A program made the position numbers and the translations under genes. The notes below the pieces were generated by a model, which saw only the letters and a list, made by a program, of their open reading frames with translations, was not told where the DNA came from and ran no database searches. This document shows, piece after piece, positions 37,003 through 50,197 of a stretch of 64,000 nucleotides of DNA (its first letter is position 1; each line of letters opens with the position of its first letter). The stretch covers positions 14,755,375 to 14,819,374 of the forward strand of contig OZ316897.1 in NCBI GenBank assembly GCA_973895155.1, written 5' to 3'. Source of the DNA: Marsupella aquatica. Lineage: Eukaryota; Plantae; Marchantiophyta.

Positions 37003-37700
37003 TAGTTCTGTTCAATTTTGATGTGGTCTCTGGGTTTTTCAAAGACTACTTCTGTTCAATTTTGATGTGGTCTCTGGGTGTTTACTCAAAGACAAGTACT
37101 GTGTTCAATTTTGATGCGTCTCTGGGTTTATTCAAAGCCCAGTTCTGTTCAATTTTGATGGGGTCTCTGGGGTTTATTCAAAGGCTAGTTCTGTTCAATT
37201 TTGATGTGGTCTCTGGGTATATTCAAAGACTACTTCTGTTCAATCTTGATGGGGTCTCTGGGTATATTCAAAGACTAGTTCTGTTCAATCTTGATGGGGT
37301 CTCTGGGTTTTTCAAAGACTACTTCTGTTCAATCTTGATGGGGTCTCTGGGTTTATTCAAAGACTAGTAGTCTGTTCAATTTTGATGCGTCTGTGGGTTT
37401 ATTTAAAGCCTAGTTCTGTTCAATTTTGATGGGGTCTCTGGGTTTATTCGAAGGCTAGTTATGTTCAATGTTGATGGGGTCTCTGGGTACATTCAAAGAC
37501 TAGTGCTGTTCAATTTTGATGGGGTCACTGGGTTTGTTCGAAGGCTAGTCCTGTTTAATGTTGATGGGGTCTCTGGGTTTATTCAAAGACTAGTAGTCTG
37601 TTCAATTTTGATGCGTTTCTGGGTATATTCAAAGACTAGTTCTGTTCAATTTCGATGCGTGTCTGGGTTTATTCAAAGAGTAGTTCTGTTCAATTTCTGG
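37003..37700. repeat. 45-bp minisatellite, ~15 units
   Basis: Consensus TAGTTCTGTTCAATTTTGATGGGGTCTCTGGGTTTATTCAAAGAC. Confidence 0.97.
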
Positions 37701-39349
37701 GGTGGCATACTAAAAGATGAAAGATGGTTACGAAATAAGAATGTACCTTATATCGAATCCCTCGATACGGTGCCGTAAATGGACGGCTTCTTCACTGCCA
37801 TGAATCATTCACACACCGGTGGAAGGTACGGGTGCCGTGAATCTCCGGAACATCAGTTCAGTTCACAGTACTGTACCGCAAATTGACCAGTCGAGGACTG
37901 GGAAGGAAGTCCCACTGCGAATTCAAAATCAATGAACCGTCTTGTGTGGTCATTCTCACCGGTCTAAATTCTGTTGAAAGCTAATCTCCCATGCATGAGA
38001 TGAGCGCGATCAGGAGCTGCTGCTGGACCATATTTGTTGCTGAACCAGCGTACTGGAGGTGCACTGATGGAGACCAATTAAGTCCCTCTCGATTGGGAAA
38101 TGAATGAGTCGAACCAGAAGACTGAATTCCTTGGTCTCCGGAGTCGACGGACAGAGTTTGGCTTGGTAACCGAGAGCAAAGCAAAACCTGGACGGTATTG
38201 GTATGAGGATGTCTATGCGAGTGAGTATTAACTTTGCACCCGGATGAATGAATTGGTCTCTGTACCAGAATTGACTAGGTAAAGCTATTCAATCTCTACG
38301 GATCGATCCCTTCATGTCCTTTCGATTTGTTGGTTTCATAATTATATGCTTTCAAAATACCCAAATTTTATAATTGTACCTCACCTCTCCTTTTCGACAC
38401 TACTGTTGAAGATTCCTATCCTCTGTAAGTTAGGTCACTGAAATTCCTCACCTTCTCTTCACCACCGACAGGTGAAAATTCCTATTCTCTGTAAGTCAGG
38501 TCTGGAATTGCACTGTTCAGTTTCATCTGGGTTTTGCTAGATTCCCATGCATGCACATTATTCTTTGAATCATGTATTGTCGTGGTGAACCTTTGTACGG
38601 TAGCCACTTTGGCTGTCTTCTTAGGAGATTCACATTGTGGGGAACTGTAGAGGTAACTTGAAGGGGTTATGGAGGATTAATCTTAATTTTTTGGCATCAT
38701 CTGTGTTGTGCTTTCCGTTGCCTCATACGTCCCGGATAGTAGCATCTTGGCCGTCATGGTTCAAAGTCGACATGACTGGGGTACAATTATTCACTTTCAG
38801 TTGTTTCCCTGTGGGGTTGTGTGTGTCAAGACTGTGAATTCCTCTGGAGATTTGAGATACTTGTTCGTGGACTTTGTGCCACTTATGCTTGCCGGTCCTA
38901 CACTGCACATGTTTCCATCACGAGAAGTGGATCGGTCCATACATTTACATGTTCTCACTTCCCAAACACTATGCTTTTCTATAATAAGGTGACGAGTAAT
39001 GTGAGAATGCACCATCACCTGTACAAAAACAAGGTGCTGCACGATCAGTTTTGAGTCTTGCGAAGTAACAAAAATCTCAACTAACTCTGACACGTCCAAG
39101 TGGTAAACTTGGATGTATTCTCATTTCGGAAGTCACAGTACCTTCGCAGCTCCTGAAGCAACTGCCAAAGCTTGAAGCCTTCAGAAACATGTTGCGCATG
39201 AATATCGGGAGATTATCACCGATGACATCAAATGAAATGCCTTGCATTATGAGTGATAATTGTGACAACTGAATGATTCTAAAGTACTTCTCAGCCTAAA
39301 AGTAACACTATACGCCCTTCGAGGCAATCAGGAGCTGGTGTCTAGCACT

Positions 39350-42300
39350 CTACAAAAGATCCTCAGATCGATCTGCTGGTATACAGTGATCACGTAGAAT
39401 CTGTGGCATCCCTGCCCTTGCTTTTTCAGTGTCAATGACGACCAGCATTTGATTATCAAGCTCAATCTCAATGTAGTTCTCTGTGCATGCTGCAAACAGT
39501 GAACAAGTATAATGAGTATCCCATTGAAAGAGAATGACCGATGATTACATTTCACACTTTCTTTAACATTTTACATCTTCTCATTGTAACATTAATCATC
39601 CAAATATGGACAAGAAATCACAAAGGTTAGAAGGAACTGAGTCAGAAGCATCGATGGCTCACAGTCTGCTAATTGTACAAGCTGCTTCAAGTTCCGAATT
39701 TTTTCCCCATTGAATGTCAAAACCTGACAGAGCAAGCATACCACGTATTGCTCAGGTCGACAGAGGAGAGACGGCTGCCACTTTTTCGCCTCGGTAAGAC
39801 TAATAATCTCCCGCCCAAACTTGCACCCCCAAAAAATTAACATGGGCACGATACAAACAAAGCTACATGCTTACCTGTGTAGCTTCAATGTCCTCGTATC
39901 CAATATTGACGTCACTCGCAAGAACCTGCCCAATCAAGATGAAGAATGAAGTCAGCCACTCTCCCACTAGTACTGGTAAAATTTGGGGGAGATCGGGAGC
40001 AGCTGGCCCTCTTACTGAGATTTAAAAAGATAAGGAATCAGAAATTCCATTCAAATCATCCTCTTACTTCAAGGTAGGAATCATATCACGGGAAATAGAT
40101 ACCTGTGACACAACTACCAACTGTTCATCTTCAGACTCCGCCATCCCATACGTGGCTTTCTCCAATATCTTTACCTGAGGACACACGAAGTGGGTTCGCT
40201 ATGTCAGTTTCCTTTTCTAGACTGATTCTAGTCATTAAGCAAAGATACATCCATTGCCTGGTAAAGATCCAGCTAAGCATCAGAAACCCTTGCTTGGATT
40301 GCTACAATGCTGGGCTCCGTGGTGGTAAAAATTGCACAGATTGTGCAAAATCGAGCATTGAACCTCGGAAGAGAAGTCTAAAACAAGCCTTTGGTCACAC
40401 AAGAGACTCTCTTTCACCCGAAGTGCCAATGTTACTAGTTGGAAAAGACTATGGTTTTCACAAAACAATTCCAGATACTTACCGGGATATTTGCATCATA
40501 GTCCACACCGAAATGTGATCTGTCAGAACAAATGCAAAGGATTAGAACAGACTTTCAGTCTCATGAAGATCTTGGAGTTGGTGAAAACGGTAAATGAAGC
40601 ATAGCAGCACCTGTGCAATCAAGGTACTGGGTATCAGATTTGAATTGACTTTTGCATAACGTGCATTACCAGCTAGTCGAAACTTACTCTAAAAATGGTT
40701 GGCTGACGACAGTGAACACAAGCCCGGCAACAATTAGATACGAAGGCTGTTTTCCATCAATGTGGACTGGTACCTGCAGAAGAGAAAGCACGTCTCTGAC
40801 ACTTTGACTCTTCCGACCAAATTTCATATAAGCGATTAAGAGGAGATATATTCCAGTGAGGCAATCCTAGTATACCCCTGAGTTAAACACACCAAAAAAG
40901 GGTCACATCGTTACGCTTTTAAACGTAAATCAAAGGAGGAGGGCACATTTGTCATACTGCACAACTGTATTAATCCTACACGCCATTCAACATTTGCGGG
41001 TACCAACCAGGCGGATAGGAGATTTGAGTGCAGTTTGGAGCGTCATGACTTGACCATCTCGAAGAATCTCCACTTCTACTACGTCTCCTGAATACCTAGC
41101 CGAGAGAAGAACACAAATGTCACGACACTTTCAAAATGACGTATATGTATTTTCTTGCACGCAAGGAACAAACATGGAACAAACTCTCCAAGCCAATTCA
41201 AAAAAGCCTAACATTAACTCGTATGCCAATTTGACCTTTCTTCACAAAGTAAGAGGCAGGCTTCAGTGAATACTTTTGACTAGCAAGAAAGGTGAAAGCA
41301 ATGCGCTCCCCTGCTTGGAATGGTACAGTTCCCTCATTAGCAACTGATACTCCATCGAACCTCATAAGCACGTCTCCCTGAAAGCCACATGATTTGAAAA
41401 GCGATCAGCCTACTATATGAGGCTTTCTAGCAAAAATCTCGATTGAACCAAATTTTGAAATAAAGGGACAAACCGTGGACGTCGGAAACCAAACAGGTAG
41501 AACCGGCCTGCACCTCGAAGTGAAGGGAAGGCTCGTGCTTCAAGCTGTGACGAACCTAGTTCTAACATGTAAAGAATTGCTAGGAAGCTCACCACTTTCA
41601 AAACTTCTGCAGCAGGTGCTGTAGGTTCAACCCTTCGGATTAAAACTCCCTGAAACAAAAATCAAATCAATTGGCTGAGCTCATAGCTTAGTCAGACCTA
41701 GAAATGGAAACTCCATGGGCAAGCAAGGACCATTCTTATCCAGAGGCAATCTAGTGGTTCCAAACGACAATATAGAGCTGTAATTGCCTGTCAGAACCAT
41801 TTTAGCGCAACAGAACCTTTTGCGTCTGTGTCATTTTTAAAGCTGCTCTTAGAGCGTTGTTCTCCAACCTTTGCCAAACAAGCCCAGACGAAGGAAAACC
41901 TGTTACAACAATGCCAACCACAACTGTCTGGTTATATCATCCAAGTGCGAGAACACACTATCAACATGTATAGAATGCAATTGCAGAAAGAAAGCAACCT
42001 CGGTTTTCCCCTTACTGACCTGTGCTTTTACCGTTCCTCTCATAATCGTATAGGAAGTGTACTATAACAGGAGTTGGGATTACATAGCCAATATTCTCTG
42101 CATCACTCGCATCAATAGACTGTAGAAAAGATTAGGACTCACATCATCAAAATCTGACCCGACTGACCAGATTTTCATGGCTGCTGAAGCAACATCATGC
42201 AAATCTGACTATATACTTGTCTATCTCGAGCGTATCCCACGATTCTTCGGAACTCATCATACGCACATAGAAGGTATCGTAAGAAGAGTATCCAAAACAA

Positions 42301-45300
42301 GAATGAAAACCCATCCAAAAAACGATCGCAGATTTCATACGGAAAACAGTCCGCCAGAAATGTTAAGGTTGTTCCAGGTCTACAACGCTAGAGTGATAAC
42401 AGCCTCTAAGTGAGAATCAACCAAAGAATATACGACAATGAGGTGTTCATAAGTTCCTTTGACTTAGATGTGCTCAGTGCCTGTCACGCATGAATTAGGT
42501 GGTCCAACATCCACTCGACATGGTCGTAACGTTACCTGAAATGCAATACCAACACATTCACCGTCGTCATCAAATGCCGGTCCACCACTGTTTCCTGCAA
42601 TTTTCAAAAGAATTGAATGTCATTGGTAAGAAGTTGGATAGCAGCTTCCTCTTTGTGTCAACAAAATCTTGTATCAAGAAAATTTATGAGAGGGCCAAAG
42701 CGATTGGAAAGTAGTCGACTTCCGGCAACTTTCGTATATCTGGGAGACAGTTTTTCTCCTTAGTGTTCAGTGGGAAACATATCGTAATTCTCTGCGGCCA
42801 AGAATTTGAAAGATACCTACACAATATAAAAATCTCACCGGGATTTATGGCAGCATCAATCTGAACAGCTAGCAGTTCAGTTGCTCCATGCGCGTAGGAG
42901 GTTATCTGCAAAGCAAAGAATAAAGGATGTAAAGTCACACAAAAGTCTGAAGCACAAATTTTCATTTCAATGAGATAGACTGTCCACCATCATTCAGAAG
43001 TCATCTATGTGTGTAAGTATTTTATTAAATGACGTGGTGTTAGGTTGGTGTGCGTTTTGGGGCGGAAGCCTCAAACTCACCTCAACTCGTGATACAACAC
43101 CACTTGTCACCGATATTGTTTCTCCTCCAATGGGGTACCCAACCACTGTTACTGGATCCTGCAAGCATTAAGTCACCTCATTAGTAAGGGCAGTGCCCGG
43201 GAAAGAGAAATAACAAAAGGTGCATTTAGGGTTTGATGAGGAGAGCTATTACATTCTTCTTTGATTTTATATTTCACAGGTCCCACTCATCAAACTGATT
43301 CAATATCCAAAGTACAAACTTATTTGGGAGCACAGAAGACGCCACTACTCGCTAATTAGGATCAATGCCCCGAAGCTTATACCTGTAAACGAGGGAGACT
43401 TCCAAATTCAAGGGGTTCCACTCCTTGCCAGAACTCATCATCTTCTACAGAAAGCAGAGCTATATCGCATTCTCGGCCCACAGCCAAAACCTGCGAAGGG
43501 AAAAGCAGAAGTAATCAGGAAGATCTCAATACTTGCACTTGCATATTGCACGTAACATATTTATAGTCAAAGTTCTTTTCGAAAATTAAACAACCATATG
43601 ATTAACACCAGACAAAGGAAAGTGCAAGAGATCTTCTGTTGTCCTCTGCTTGTCCAATTAGTAAGTCATTGCAGTATTTCTCCTCTGTGATCTTATTCCA
43701 AAGACGACGCCAAGAAAGCCCCCCCTTACATTGGCAACGAATTTCGTGTCATTTCCCCGGCGCTTTAACTTCACCTGGTAAAGGGGCAAAAACAAGTCGG
43801 TTCAGTACTGCACTTCTCAGAAAACACAGCAAAAATCGCATGAACAGAATATATGCGGGTGGGAGTTATTTGAGAAAACCATGCACTGAACACTGCAGTA
43901 CATGGAGCTTACTTGTGTATGGTGCTCCACACAATGCGCGTTAGTAAGAATCCTTTTATTAGTTATCATAAACCCACTGCACATGGAACCAAAAACGACC
44001 TTCCGATTAAAGATGAAACAATTTCCTTTCTTCTGTGCAAATGAACCACAAAACCAGGGTACTGCACATCTTCCTGGTGAAAACTTGAATTTTTTGCAGT
44101 GTCCAATCAGGTGTGTCTCAATCAAGTGCATCTCATGGCAAGTAATCAACAACATTCATTAGAAACGAGATCTTACCTTCCGGTTACAGAATACTGCCTC
44201 ATTTTCTGCCATGGTAGTGAAAAATTCGGCTCTGATCGAGTGCAATATACCTGGCGTGCAGAGTCAAGGGCACGGTTCTTTAGAGATCAATCAAAAGATA
44301 ATTAAAGTAGCCCAGGATATAAATGAAAGCATAAATTTCCTACGTATTTCTCTCCTGGCCAGTGACTTTGAGTGTCCCAACCACACTTAAGCAATATGAT
44401 AGCCAATAGTGATCATCAGCCACTGGTACGCCGTCGTGACGGTAGACTCCAGCTTACAATGAGCGTCAGAACAAGTTCTGTGAACCCAAAAGCAAATACC
44501 AATCACCACAAACGATTTGACTGTGCAATTAATTCATTTCGCTGATTTGAAGATGCAGTTAATTCAAACCACAGGCCTGCTAACAATAAGGCAGGCAAAT
44601 GCACCCGCTGAGACTCAAGAATCAACAATTGTGAATATTGAATCGAAGTGCTGAACAGTACCTTAACAACAGCATCTAAAAATGGGGCGTCGTCCAAATC
44701 ATCGAAGTCATCGTCCTGACATGCAAAACGAATCCCTGTGAGATGAAAACATGATATCGCAGGAAAAACTCCAGTAACTGTCGGCGTAAAACACCGGGCT
44801 TTTGCCACCTAAATGTGGTGATAAAAAGCAACGACTGAAGTTGGAACCTGAATGGAGGAGAGCCTGCCATTTCCTTTGACGAATGATGTTGACTATCTAC
44901 TTCAATCAGCAGTCTGTACTCGGATGATGCCCATGATAACAGAGGTATTCGTTGATTGTGCGAGGTTCCTCTGGATTTAAGGAAACCCTAAGATCAAATC
45001 TTTCAAGTTGGCCAGAGTTGGACAGCCGAATCGTCATAACCATCAATGCAATAGTCTAGACATCTTCATCTCCAGCACTATAATACTTTCCTAGTGTACA
45101 AATTGATTTGGAGGATTGGATTCCCGCTCCACTCCATGAATATTTTTTGTAACATTGAACTGCATGAAATAATCATAGTCTCCAACATATGTTAGCTACC
45201 TCTGCGTTTATGAAGTCTTGCTAGAAACCCGCAGAACCTGCTTTGTGAGACCCATAAGATATAGACGGAAATGTGGAATCTTTACCTTGCTCAGCCAATT

Positions 45301-46114
45301 GCCATTCAAACGGCCTATGTCCAGCATATCCAAGACCCCATTCTCCTGCTCGGCCTTAGTGAGCCCTAGGCTGGCAGCTAGATTCTCAGCAGTTTTGTTT
45401 GATTTCTGTTTCGGGCGGCGTTTGGCAGCAGCTAGTGCAATTCCACCTTTCCGTTGGGACGCATTCGGACTACAATGATCCCGCTGCTGTTGCTTCAGAG
45501 AGAACGCAGGAAACAGAGAACTCTGTCTCCTCTGCAATGCTTTCCTGCTCTGTGATTTCCTGGCTGGAGATGATGCCTGCTCCAGAAAAAACACAAAATT
45601 TGCAGCTTCAGCGTCCAACCTCGGCCATCATACCCACCACCATCACTAGACCTCCAATCAAAAGGTCAAACACTCAAATGAGACCCATACCAAAATTTCA
45701 GAGCATCTCAGTCCACAAAATATTGACTATGCCGGCAGGGGAGGGGCTCAGAAAAATGCTGCAACATTGGGGTCTCAAACAGCTCCAAAAGCTCAAAAAG
45801 AACGAGGAAAGGCAGGGCACGGGAAAATCGAATTCACTCTTCACCTCCGACATGGACAGCTTGGCCATGCTACACGATTCAACTCCGCCATTGTTGACCC
45901 TCCTACTGTTGTTATCATTCGGGCGGCTACAAATTGCTCCAGCTGCAGATTTGCTGCTCACCTTACCGACAGTGAAACCTGGGGCATTGCCAATCCCACC
46001 CTGCTGAACATTGGCGGGCTTGGCAGAGGCTGAAGACGAGAACGAGCACACACAGCGATGGGCTGCTGCTGCTGCTGCAGCTGCTCCACCCATCACCTTC
46101 GCACTCGCCCCCAT
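39350..46114 (-). CDS. DEG2: Deg/HtrA serine protease (protease Do-like 2/9 type) with two PDZ domains and a probable organellar transit peptide; 21 exons
   Basis: Exons assembled by hand, all GT-AG and phase-consistent: 46114-45845 (alternative donor at 45962), 45576-45286, 44715-44662, 44250-44177, 43976-43913, 43774-43730, 43490-43383, 43158-43081, 42905-42839, 42594-42536, 42119-42020, 41899-41817, 41649-41593, 41377-41274, 41095-41008, 40773-40688, 40519-40483, 40174-40103, 39925-39875, 39723-39663, 39489-39350. Motifs: [19 protein letters not shown], triad TNAHC / ECDIA / AAINPGNSGGP, C-terminus [15 protein letters not shown]. The first two exons and DEG2-versus-DEG9 orthology are less certain. 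Confidence 0.93.
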
Positions 46115-46406
46115 CACCTGTCTCTGCTAGAGAATTTCACAAATCCCAGCAACTTTCTTTCTTCGGAGGGGACTCGAGAGAGATTGCGAGAGAGGCGTCA
46201 GCTAGGATCATTTCTCAGCAGCAGCCCATCGCCTTTTGGCGTGTTGGGTCGTTGCCACTCTCCATGGCCTCGAGCTGGGCTGAGCTAAAAGCTGAGCTGA
46301 ATCAAATGAGCGAAGAGAACTGAGGCAGCTGCCAAAAGGAGAAGAGGAGGTTCAGGGGGGTTTATGCCCCACCGATTGGCTCTAATGTGGGGTTATTATC
46401 TGCTCA

Positions 46407-47114
46407 GGAGGTGGCGGTGGATATTGTCCCTTGTTTATAATAGGTATTATTGATGATACCAAACTACAGGAAATAGTGGAAACTTGACTGTAGAACCTTC
46501 ATGCCCTTCGTAATCTTTTCCTTTTTGTATTTTTCAGTTAATTCTTGGAGACGAGTGTCGGGTCAATATTTTGGATATCACCTCTTAATTTATGTAAGAT
46601 TGTCCTCAATTTTTATTTAGCTTAGTAAAATTAACTTACAAACAATTAAAATGTCCCCGGCCTAAAACTAAAAAAAAAAAACTCCTAGACCTTTAAAGTG
46701 AGTTAAGGCCCCGGTGTCCACCAGAGCATAATGGGCAATAACGTTCATGCCCTTCCTAATCTTTTCCTTTTTGTATTTTTGGAGGTGGCGGTGGATATTG
46801 TCCTTGTTTATGATAGGTATTGATTGATGATACCAAAATACAGGAAATAGTGGAAACTTAACTGTAGAACCTTTCATGTCCTTCCTAATCTTTTCCTTTT
46901 TGTATTTTTCAGTGAATTCTTGGAGACGAGTGTCCTGTCAATATTTTGGATATCACGGCTTAATCTTAATCTCGTGAGATCCTCTACTTTTGTTTAGCTT
47001 AGTAAAAATAACTTACAAAAAATTAAAATGTCCTAAAACTATAAAAAAAATCTCCTAGGCCTTAAATCAAGTGAATTAAGGTCCAGGTTTCCACCAGAGC
47101 ATAATGGGCAATAA
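46407..47114. repeat. Tandem duplication, ~374-bp period, upstream of the Deg gene
   Basis: GGAGGTGGCGGTGGATATTGTCC at 46407 and 46781. Both units run to CCACCAGAGCATAATGGGCAATAA. Confidence 0.9.
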
Positions 47115-49890
47115 TGGCCCCTCAAAACTTAAGTTGTTCCTTTCTAAGTTATAATATTGACAGTGCGCTGTAAACAGCACATTACTTTACACATAGTGAA
47201 AAATTCCTTAGTTTGTGACCAGGTTATTTAATTTTTCTTCCAGACTTCCCCTTGTGGCCTATTTTCTGCCCACTATTGTGGAAAGTCACTGGGCCCCAAC
47301 TGTTTCTAGTAAATTATGTTTTTGTGCAAACCTAATTACCACTATGTTATATATATATATATATCCAAGAGCATAGTTGGGCATTTTCATCACAAATATA
47401 AGCATGATAAGAAGACAAACTGTGAATGTAGTTGCTTAAGTCTTTGCCGATCATGGACCTGGTGTATACTTTAGTGAATTTCCAAATGAATGGAGTTATA
47501 CTCCGACCCACCATGGGGTCCTTTGTTGAGTTCCCAACTTGTGCACAGAGTAGTGTTTGTTAAACCATCACTAGCCACATAAAAGATAAATGTTCAAAAT
47601 TTCGTCCTTTTCCACATTCTTCTTCTCTATTGTGAGGACTTTGCTCCACAATTTCATGAAATATACTTTAAATGGTGAAATCTGGTGAAACCACGTTTTT
47701 GACATGACTACTGTTTTCCCCCAAACACAACCTCATGGCCTTCTATTCAAATAAAATTTAAAAAGCACTACAGCTCTGCCCAATCTATCATTGCCACGTT
47801 ACAAGTGATTGCCTAGTAAGTACATGATCTAACCATACCAACAATCAGCTAAATATGCACTTCAAAAGCTTTTATACTGCATGACCATGAACCTTATGGA
47901 TGTCTCTACTTCAGACTCAGGAGTGTGATAAATCCACACAAACAGTCAAGATCAAACTAAATATCTGGTTATTGACAGTCATCCTTAAACCTGTCTTGCT
48001 TGCAGCACTCGTAGTACTATTCCCAAGTGTTAGCAGAATTGTGCAAATGGGCTTTGGTGGAAAACTGATTGGATGTCTTCTAACGAACTAAATTAAATAA
48101 GTAGATGCTAAGCCATTGTGGAGAAATCCAATTAGTCATTTACATGTAATTTTTCAGTATCAAGTGTAAAGTTAATGTGATTTTCCAAAGAAAATTTGCC
48201 TCAGCTGGTTACAACGGGTAATATAAAAAACAACCAAAATTATTTTTATTAATTATCATTTCCAAGGCTGACCATAAAAAAATTTCATACATGGTCCAGA
48301 AAAAAACTATTCTCTTTTTTTATTGGTTGATTGAAGAATCGCAACTCATCGACTCCCACATTGCAATTAATCTCAACAGGAATTGTGGGTTTTCCAATCC
48401 CATACTAATCCAACTCGACAATTACAAAAAAATTCACAATCATTGGTGTGATGTTCAATATTGGAGATCAGGTGTAGGTGTTGTGTGGATCAAAGACCTC
48501 CATTTTACCCTTGTGAAGTTAGCAACCAAATAGAAGTCATTTAAAGCAAGCAACAGAAATTAATGTCAAAAGATGAATTGAAAAAACTGGGATTTACTAG
48601 ATTGCCACTAGTTCTTAGCATACAACATACCCTGTCACTGAATTTTTCTATTTACGGACCCCACTGGAGGTCCCTTCCAAAATTTGAAACTCCACAATGC
48701 GCCACATCATCATGACGTGCTGCAAACAGATATGAATTAGTTTACAAAATGAAATTACTTCACCTTTCGTGTTTGTGGCAGGATTTTGGTAAAATTGAGG
48801 GACACCATGCCGTAAACCTTGATGTAAAAATATTTCAAAAATAACCATTTTATTTACCTTGAGTAACCAACTCTTCAATTAGTAGTAGGCCGGCAATCAA
48901 TTTTATTTATCCCGAGTAACCAACTGCCCACCCTCTTTCTGAATTGTGGTTCAATTCCGTAATAACTAAATCTTGCGACCCGAGTAATTACCAACTGCCC
49001 ACTCTCTTTCTGAATTGTGGTACAATTCCGTAAGTAATTAAATATGTCTCTGCAAGCTCTGCAACTTGAGAGCTGATGACAAAGTCAAATACAAGTTTGC
49101 AGTTCAATATTCCAAGCAATTAAGCTGTCCAACAATTGCCTTCATCGAGTCGATCTGCAGAAATTGGGTAGTTTGGATGACTTGTGCTTGGTGATGCGAG
49201 TCAATGTTAATCTCATGACTAAGATCCAATGATTGAGATCGAGGCAGACTCGCTGTAGGACTGAGACAGAACACACAACATTTTGAAGATCCATCGACAG
49301 AATTACGAGATCGAGACTCAAGCGATGGGCATTGGGCAACCCAGTGGCCCGACTAGTGATTCTTGGCACCAGGTGCATTTATTTAGACCATCACCATTTG
49401 GAGCACGTATTGTGATGGTCAGCTCACGACTGGGATCACTTAAGGTAACATAATTGTGGACGAACATTTTCAGCATTTGTCTCTACTATACTGCATCACT
49501 ATACCGCCCGGGAAAGGATCAAGGTAGGAGGAGCGAGGTGGGAAAGGAAAGGTTTGCAGGTCCAACTTGACATCCCCGCCCAGATCGCAATGGAAGAGCC
49601 CACTCAAGCTAGTACATCCAAGCGGAAATTCAACGCCATGTGATTAAGTGAGAAAAAAACATGACATAGTTGTTTCCATGTAGTAGATAATTTTATTTTT
49701 CAGAACACTATGATGTATCATACAAATAAATTGACTAGTCCAAATAAAGATATCTTTAGCATCACACATTGTATAACACATTTATCTACATCACACATTG
49801 TCTAACACATATCTCTCTACTTTCCAATCTCAATCAAAACAAATGGGGGTCCATGAACTAATTATCTCAAAACCACTCTTTTTGTTTGTG

Positions 49891-50197
49891 CTTGGGGACC
49901 GTTTTACTTACACAAAATGGCACAATACATGCAACAAATTAAGTATATGGTACGTTTATCGGTTCTAAGGGAAGACTAAGTAACAATTTTCTAAGAAGAA
50001 CAATATGGTCTTTTTAAATCTAATGTTGAGACTCATAAGTTCATTAGGGTCTTTATTTTTATTTTTAAAATATTCCAAGAATATTCTAACTTCATAATTA
50101 ATGATCAAAAATAATTGTTTTGGTTACATTTTAGGGGGTCTGAGGCCTAAAAATGTCGTAGGTGATAAGGAGACCTCCATATAGTGAGACCCCTGAG
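49891..50197 (-). mobile_element. MITE family A, copy 4 (diverged)
   Basis: Ends CTTGGGGACCGTTTTACT / AGTGAGACCCCTGAG. Perfect 8-bp TSD TGTTTGTG. Internal similarity to the other copies. Confidence 0.9.

Noticed and set aside
37023-37778. Repetitive 15-aa-period ORFs
   Set aside because: Translation artefacts of the 45-bp minisatellite.
45399-46007. 202-aa plus-strand ORF
   Set aside because: Antisense to Deg exons 1-2 and the intron between them; no recognisable domain.
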